From: Eledone cirrhosa
Lineage: Eukaryota
Length of the DNA: 64,000 nt
Reading direction: 5' to 3'
NCBI GenBank assembly: GCA_964016885.1
Contig: OZ024757.1
Coordinates: 11,718,001-11,782,000 of the forward strand
The notes under the pieces are model-generated. The model made no database searches, was not told the origin of the DNA, and was given only the letters and a program-made list of their open reading frames with translations. The translations under genes were made by a program, and so were the position numbers. Positions within the stretch are counted from its first letter, which is position 1. Each line of letters opens with the position of its first letter. Below are positions 57,051-64,000 of the stretch, one piece after another.

Positions 57051-57828
57051 ACATATATATAGATATATAATATATATATATGCGTGTGTGTGCGCGCACG
57101 TGTATATATATATATACACACACACAAACATGCACATATCCATAAATATATATATATATATACGTGTGTGTCCTTTCTGCACCATGCCCCTCCTCAATCT
57201 AAAATATGTTTATGTTCCTCTTTAATATAAAAATAAACTCCAAAATATAAACAAACTTCTCGTAGGTGCTGCCAGATACACGATAACATGTGTAGACGAA
57301 GTGTAACTGGAAGTTGGGTCGATTTTTGCGATTAAGTAAGACAAGAGTTATCTTTCTTGGCAAAAACACCCTGGTTTGTTTACATTAAATTTTCTACTTT
57401 AAAATATTTTCACTGATTTTAAGCCAAAGTTATTTAATGGCTGCCACTTCCGGTTTGTGTTGTGCCTCTACAGGACAGCAGTAAACCTGCTAGAAATAGC
57501 AGTCATAGCAACACATATATTTATATATCCAGGATGCCCAACGAGGTGTGCACGCCCCACTCGGGTTAATTTGAATATAATAGGGGTCAATTTGAAAGTG
57601 ATATAATACGTTTGTTTTGACCATTGCTGCATCTTAGCTTTGTTTAAATAAAGGATCTCTACTTTATATTACAGTAATAACACTTTTACTAGGTTCTGTT
57701 TCTTTTTATATTAAAGGGAGACATAAACATATTTTAAATGTTGATATATATTTATTTATTTATGTCCTTCTTTCTGTCGTTTACTAAACTCTAAACTCAG
57801 CATGTTTCTGTTGTTCTATGGGATTCTA

Positions 57829-57870
<42 letters not shown>

Positions 57871-58047
57871 TGAATGAGATTCTACAGGACCAGAACTGTT
57901 TCATTCTTGAGAAATCATAAGGAATTTCTCAAGAATGAAACAGTTCTAGTCCTGTAGAATCTCATCTATATTAAAACTTTTATACTTTGCTATGTATTGA
58001 GTACTATACTTACTGTGGATACCTCCGATTCAACCCGGATTAACTTA

Positions 58048-58084
<37 letters not shown>

Positions 58085-61000
58085 TTGTGTCTGTATATAT
58101 ATATATATGGCAGCCAACCTCACTTGGCACAGACTCGAAAAAGCCGTCACTAAGGGCATCATAAGCTGATCGTGATCGTTGGGGCCTGCTTTCTGCGCTG
58201 AACCGAAGATTAAAAGATATATATATATATCATCTTCATCATCATTATATTTTACGTCCGCTTTTTCCCTACTTGCAAGGGTGGGACGGGAACTGATTCT
58301 GGCTTGGTTTCTACAGCTGGATGCTCTTCCTAACACCAACCTCATTTACTGTGTGGGCTGGGCGCTTTTCTTGCCGTGGCACCTCCACGACCACTTTGCA
58401 ATGGAATGATGTGGACGCCAGTCCCTATCATCTCATTTCTACAGCTGAGTAAACTGGAGCAATGTGAGATAAAGTGTCTTGCTCAAAGAAACAACACATC
58501 ACCCGGTCTGATAATTGAACTCACAACCTTTTGATTGCAAGGCCAATGTTCTAACCACTAAGCCATGTGCCTCCATATGTATAATAAAATAAATATGGTT
58601 TTATAAATATAGTTTCCATTTATTAATATATTGTGTATTTACTCCACTAAACTGTTGAGTGCATTATATCAGTTATAAAAAATTTAAGCTTGTTGAATCC
58701 CAAAATAGTTGTTGAAACAGCCACAGCTCAGCCGTCGGGGTCCTGAATATTTTCATGTATATATATACGTATGAGTGTGTGTATTTTGAGAATTAATAAT
58801 TATATGAACAAGTTTGTAATGAACAATTTATTTATTATCTAAACTGTATAAACATGATATTATTTACAGTAAGAATAACAATAATAATGATGGTTTCTAG
58901 TAAAGGTGGAAGACCAGTCATTTGGGGGAGGGGAAAGTTGATTAAATCGAAGAGAGAAAGAAAGAAGAAACAGAACGGGAAGGAGAGGGGATGGCAAGAG
59001 GTCCGGTGTCGCAGAAGAGTAGGGAGGGTGGTTGAGCTTTGGGTCTAGGGCAAGAGGGCAGCAGTGCTGCGCCCCACGGATAAGACGGCAAAAGTATTCT
59101 CGCGGACGATGGCCAGAGATACCCAATGCAACAACCACCCAACCTCGCGGGGTTCCCTCCTCAGACGGGCCGGTGACGCTCCGATCTTTTGCAGGAGCTC
59201 GGCAGTACGAGGTCCAAGTACTCCTGGGGTCTCGACGTTGACTGGTGCAGAGAGGAAGTGGCTGGACAATCCTCGGTATTTGTTTATTTTACGTTCTTCT
59301 GGAAGGTGGGCTGCGATGCCGGGTTTGTGGCCGAAACGACTTAGAAACGAAGTTGGAGGCGGAGATTGTGTCGTAGCTGGTGGTGTCCCAGATGAGGGAC
59401 CTACCTCCTTCGAATGGGAAGAGAGTGATTCCGTCGGGGCGCTTGCTATCTCCGGGACTTGTTGGCCCCAGTTGTGATTGGAAGCCAGCTGCGTCCAGGC
59501 TTCTTCTCAATATTTCATTGAGAACGGCGTGTATCTATTCAATAATTATTTGAAAATTAAAATTTTAGGTTTAACTACCTTTTAAACCAAATACATTAAG
59601 AAAGGCATAACCAACACCACATCATTTTTATTTCTATTTTGAAAGTAGGATTATAAGTATTAAATTGCAGTAGATTATTATAGCATTCATGGTGGTCTGG
59701 TGTGAGATACGAGAAATGGTGGAGGTTCTGGTCTGGGGTTCAATCCTGCTCAGGAGATACTCTAAGGGGTTCATACTAAACTTCTTCAGTGTTTCTTATC
59801 TCTAGAGACAAATATATATACATAAGGTAATCTGGTAAAATTGTTAGAACATCACATAGAATTCTTTGTACTATTTTTTCCAGTTCTTTAATCTGAGTTC
59901 AACTTTACTTTTCTTCCATTCGGGGTTGATAATAAAGTACCAGTCAAATACTAGGAGTTAATTCTTCCTCTATATCTCTTTCTCACTCTCTGTTTGTTTT
60001 ATTAAGACCTGGAGAGGATATGTACTCTGCCAGGTTTTATAATGAGTTATGGGGTCATACCTGCCTGCAACACCACTGTGTACTAAATGTAGATTTGGAT
60101 ATCCTTGTTCAGGACCTTCCTAACATTACTGTGTATTAAGTGTAGATTTGGATAACCTTGTTCAGGGCCTTCATAACATTACTGTGTACTGAGTGTAGCA
60201 TTTTATATCCAAGTTCAGGGCCTTCCTAACATTACTGTGTACTGAGTCTAGATTTGGATATCCTTGTTCAGGGCCTTTCTATCACCACTTTGTACTAAGT
60301 GAAGCATTTTATATCCTTGTTCAGAGCCTTCCTGACATTACTGTGTACTGAGTGTAGATTTTAACATCCTTGTTCTGGTCCTTCCTAACACCACTGTGTT
60401 GTCAGTATAGATTTTGATATCCTTGTTCAGGGTTCTCCTACCATTACTTTGTACTAAGTGTAACATTTTATATCCTTGTTCAGGGCCTTCCTAACATTAC
60501 TGTGTACTAAGTGTAGATATGGATATCCTTGTTCAGGGCCTTCCTAACATTACTGTGTACTAAGTGTAGCATTTTATATCCTTGTTCAGGGTCTTCCTTA
60601 TAAAAATAAATATAAAAACACACACAGACACCCGGATGTAACACATGCGCAAACTAAGCACACGACACACACAAAAACAAGATGGCGTAGGACAGAACAA
60701 AGGAGAGGCACAAAACAAAGAAAAGTCACTGAACAGGTCACAGAATGTGTGACGATAGAACTTTGACAATATATGAACAACCGTCCGGTTGTGGAACCAA
60801 CCAACGAACCGGAAATTTATTAAAAAAAAAATGTTTAATTTATAATAAATTGGAGTGAAAAATCTGGTGCGTGTGTTTCTTATTGGCAACATGACCCACC
60901 CAAAGTATAACAATATATATATATATAGAGAGAGAGAGAGACAGAGAGAGAGAGTGTGAGTGGGAGAGAGTGCACCCAAACACACACACACACATGTTTA

Positions 61001-61399
61001 CACACACGCACACACAGACATCTATATATATGTGTGTGAGATTGGCTGCTATATATAATATATATATATATAATTATATATATTCATATTTATATACAAT
61101 TTTTTGCGATGTTTAGATAATCTGTGGTCGTGAGTTCAATTTTCACCTTGGATTATCATACGTTAAAATAATTTTAAAGTTTATTTTTTGTTTGTTATTG
61201 CTTTAGTTGCTCAATCGACCAAGGCCATGCTGGGGCAACACATCCAATATATTATCTGGTAAATATCGGCCCCAGTATATTATAGGATTTCAACTTTATA
61301 TTAGTTTTACAAGAGTCGGATTGTTTTTATATTAAAGGGGAACATAAATAAATTTTAGATTGAGTAGGGGCATGGTGCAGAAAAGGTTGCGAACAACTG

Positions 61400-61456
<57 letters not shown>

Positions 61457-62182
61457 ACATATATATATATAATATATATATATATGCGTGTTCGTGCGCG
61501 TGTATTACATATATACACACAAACATGCACATATCCATAAATATATATATATACGTGTGTGTCCTTTCTGCACCATACCCCTCCTCAATCTAAAATATGT
61601 TTAAGTTCCCGTTTAATATAAAAACAAACCCCAAAATATAAACAAACTTCTCGTAGGTGCTGCCAGATACACGATAACATGTGTAGACGAAGTGTAAACG
61701 GAAGTTGGGTCGTATTATATAACTTTCTAATTGGCCCGTATTATATTCAAATTGCCCCAGTGGGTCGTGCACCACTCGTTGGGAATCCCTGATATATAAA
61801 TATATGTGAATGTGTTACTATGACTGCTATTTCTAGCAGGTTTACTGCTGTCCTGTAGAGCACAACACAAACCGGAAGTGGCAGCCATTAAAAAACTCTG
61901 GCTTAAAATCAGTGAAAATATTTTAAACTAGAAAATTTAATGTAAACAAACCAGAGTGTTTTTGCCAAGAAAGGTAACTCTGGTCTTACTTAATCGCAAA
62001 AATCGTAAGAAAAATGTTTCGGGTGTGCAGTTGATTTGGTCCTGGTTGTTGGTATTTGACTGCTATTTCTAGCATGTATGGACACTTTAAAATAGCAGCG
62101 AAAAAAAGCAGAAAGAAGGACACAAACACACTCATATATATATATGTGTATGTATGTGTGTGTGTATATATATATATATGAT

Positions 62183-62298
62183 AATTGTTTCTACTTTTGG
62201 CACAAGGCCATCAATTAATCCAGTGTATTACTGGTACTTTATTTTATCGACCCCGTAAGGATGAAAAGCAAAGTTAACCTCGGCGGGATTTGAACTCA
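62183..62298 (-). mobile_element. 5'-truncated SINE S2
   Basis: Matches 8040-8150. Confidence 0.75.
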
Positions 62299-63031
62299 AT
62301 TGTAATAAAATAAAAAGAACGATTTGTTGTCTTGAGTGGACCCCAACCTTTTCTTCTTCAAATTGGCCCCTATTATATACAAATTGCTCCCTGTGGGGCG
62401 TATATCCATGATATATATATAATTGTGTGTGTGTGTACGTGCATACATACACACACACAGACACACACACCTATATTACATATAGGTGCCTGTGTGTTTG
62501 GATGTTATATATACATATGTGTTTATATATATATATATATATTTATTAAAATAACAGATTAAAGTTTAAGCAAAGAATCGCTGCTTTCACCCTTAACGGG
62601 ATCTTCTGATTCTTTGCTTAAACTTTAATCTGTTATTTTCTAATAAATATTTGCTCTATGGTTCTTATATATTTGACATATATTTATCCTTATGGAACCC
62701 TCTTTGGATTTTAGTCTTCAAATTTATTATTATTACTATATATATATATATTTAATAATAATATATAATTGGTATAATTTCACCCAAATTGTAGGAATCC
62801 TATAATGGAACGAGACGTCCGTCTGGGAAGAGATATATTAGATATGTCTCATATGAAATAATACAGCCAATTTTCCACGCAATACTTTTAGTTAGCACCC
62901 CGAACGCATAATTGGGAATATAATCACTTATTTCTTAATGTTTTTTGAGTGAGTTGGAATTTGGCCGGAGTATCGCTAAAAAGCTTTCTCCGATATTGTA
63001 TTTATTTATATATATATTTATATATATATAT

Positions 63032-63122
<91 letters not shown>

Positions 63123-63189
63123 AGGACAGACACATGTGTATATACTTGTGTGTGTGTTTGGGTGCTCTCTCTCCCTCTCTCTCTCGCTA

Positions 63190-63220
<31 letters not shown>

Positions 63221-63420
63221 CAGTGGTTCCCAACCTTTTCTGCACCATGCCCCTCCTCAATCCAAAATATGTTTATGTTCCCATTTAATATAAACACAAA
63301 CTGAGACTTGTAAAACTAATATAAAGTAGAAATCCTTTAATGTACTGGGGCCGATATTAACAAGAAAATATATTGGAAGTGTTGCCCCAGCATGGCCTTA
63401 GTCGAATGAGCAACTAAAAT
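63221..63420 (+). mobile_element. hAT-like DNA transposon terminus; related copies near 36500(-), 51058(-), 51973(+), 56993(-), 61400(-)
   Basis: Starts cagtggttcccaaccttttc, resembling hAT/Charlie-type TIRs, and abuts (TA)n. No paired TIR or 8-bp TSD was established. Confidence 0.4.
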
Positions 63421-63577
63421 AATAAAATGCTAGAAATAGCAGTCAAAGACCAACAAAAAGGCCCAAATCAACTGCACACCCGCAAAACTTTTGTCATGAT
63501 TTTTGCGATTAAGTAAGACAAGAGTTATCTTTCTTGGCAAAAACACCCGCGTTTGTTTACATTAAATTTTCTATTGT

Positions 63578-63762
63578 AAACGGTGGATTGGCAGTATCGG
63601 TAGAGGGTCGGACGCCATGCTTTCCAGCATAGTTATGTCCCTTTGCGATCTGAGTTCAAATCCCGCCGAGGTTGACTTTGTCTTTCATCCTTACGGGGTC
63701 GATAAAATAAAGTACCAGTAATGCACTGGGTAATTGCTGGCCTTGTGCCTAAAGTAGAAACA
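63578..63762 (+). mobile_element. tRNA-derived SINE S2 with 17-bp TSD
   Basis: Near-identical to 8040-8217. The TSD attaaattttctattgt is at 63561-63577 and 63763-63779. The empty paralogous site is at ~51426-51445. Confidence 0.85.
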
Positions 63763-64000
63763 ATTAAATTTTCTATTGTTTAAAATATTTTCACTGATTT
63801 TAAGCCAAAGTTTTTTAATGGCTGCCACTTCCGGTTTGTGTTGTGCCTCTACAGGACAGCAGTAAACCTGCTAGAAATAGCAGTCATAGTAACACACTCA
63901 CATATATTTATATATCAGGGATTCCCAACGAGGGGTGCACGCCACACTGGGGTGGGTTAATTTGAATATAATAGGGGCCAATTTGAAAGTTATATAATAC

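Larger units (their letters stand above)
51362..62005. repeat. Large imperfect palindrome: 51362-~56450 inverted at ~58400-62005
   Basis: The same order of modules appears in mirror image at high identity. The arms differ mainly in 53-bp satellite copy number. Confidence 0.88.

Noticed and set aside
52554-60767. Active hammerheads at 52554-52596, 60725-60767, ~37400, ~57920, ~34775 and ~49305
   Set aside because: Core nucleotides are mutated (GAAA to GATA, or CTGANGA to CTCATGA, CTTATGA, CAGAAGA or CTGAACA). They are recorded as relics only.

Overview
This is AT-rich animal DNA made almost entirely of repeats. A mollusc, possibly a cephalopod, is my inference from the repeat content, and I could not confidently call any host gene. 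The left half (1-29.2 kb) is a stack of nested retroelements sitting in (AT)n/(GT)n microsatellite. It holds two Naiad-type Penelope-like elements (PLEs; RT with YRDD plus C-terminal GIY-YIG), one with an intact ~800-aa ORF and a 3.2-kb inverted partial copy, plus other PLE fragments and hairpin pseudo-LTRs. Together these carry at least five distinct families of type I hammerhead ribozymes. A CR1-group LINE, two RTE-clade LINEs and tRNA-derived SINEs are also present. The outer PLE carries kilobases of microsatellite inside its own terminal repeat, and the other PLEs have inserted into that microsatellite. The right half (31-64 kb) is a mosaic of three satellites (71/72, 53 and 34 bp), direct and inverted segmental duplications including a ~10.6-kb imperfect palindrome, a non-autonomous Helitron, CRE-like LINE fragments and SINEs. 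The 72-bp satellite unit translates into a 24-aa repeat that fits the 'typical' extracellular leucine-rich-repeat consensus. All coordinates were read by eye, so boundaries lying in microsatellite are approximate.
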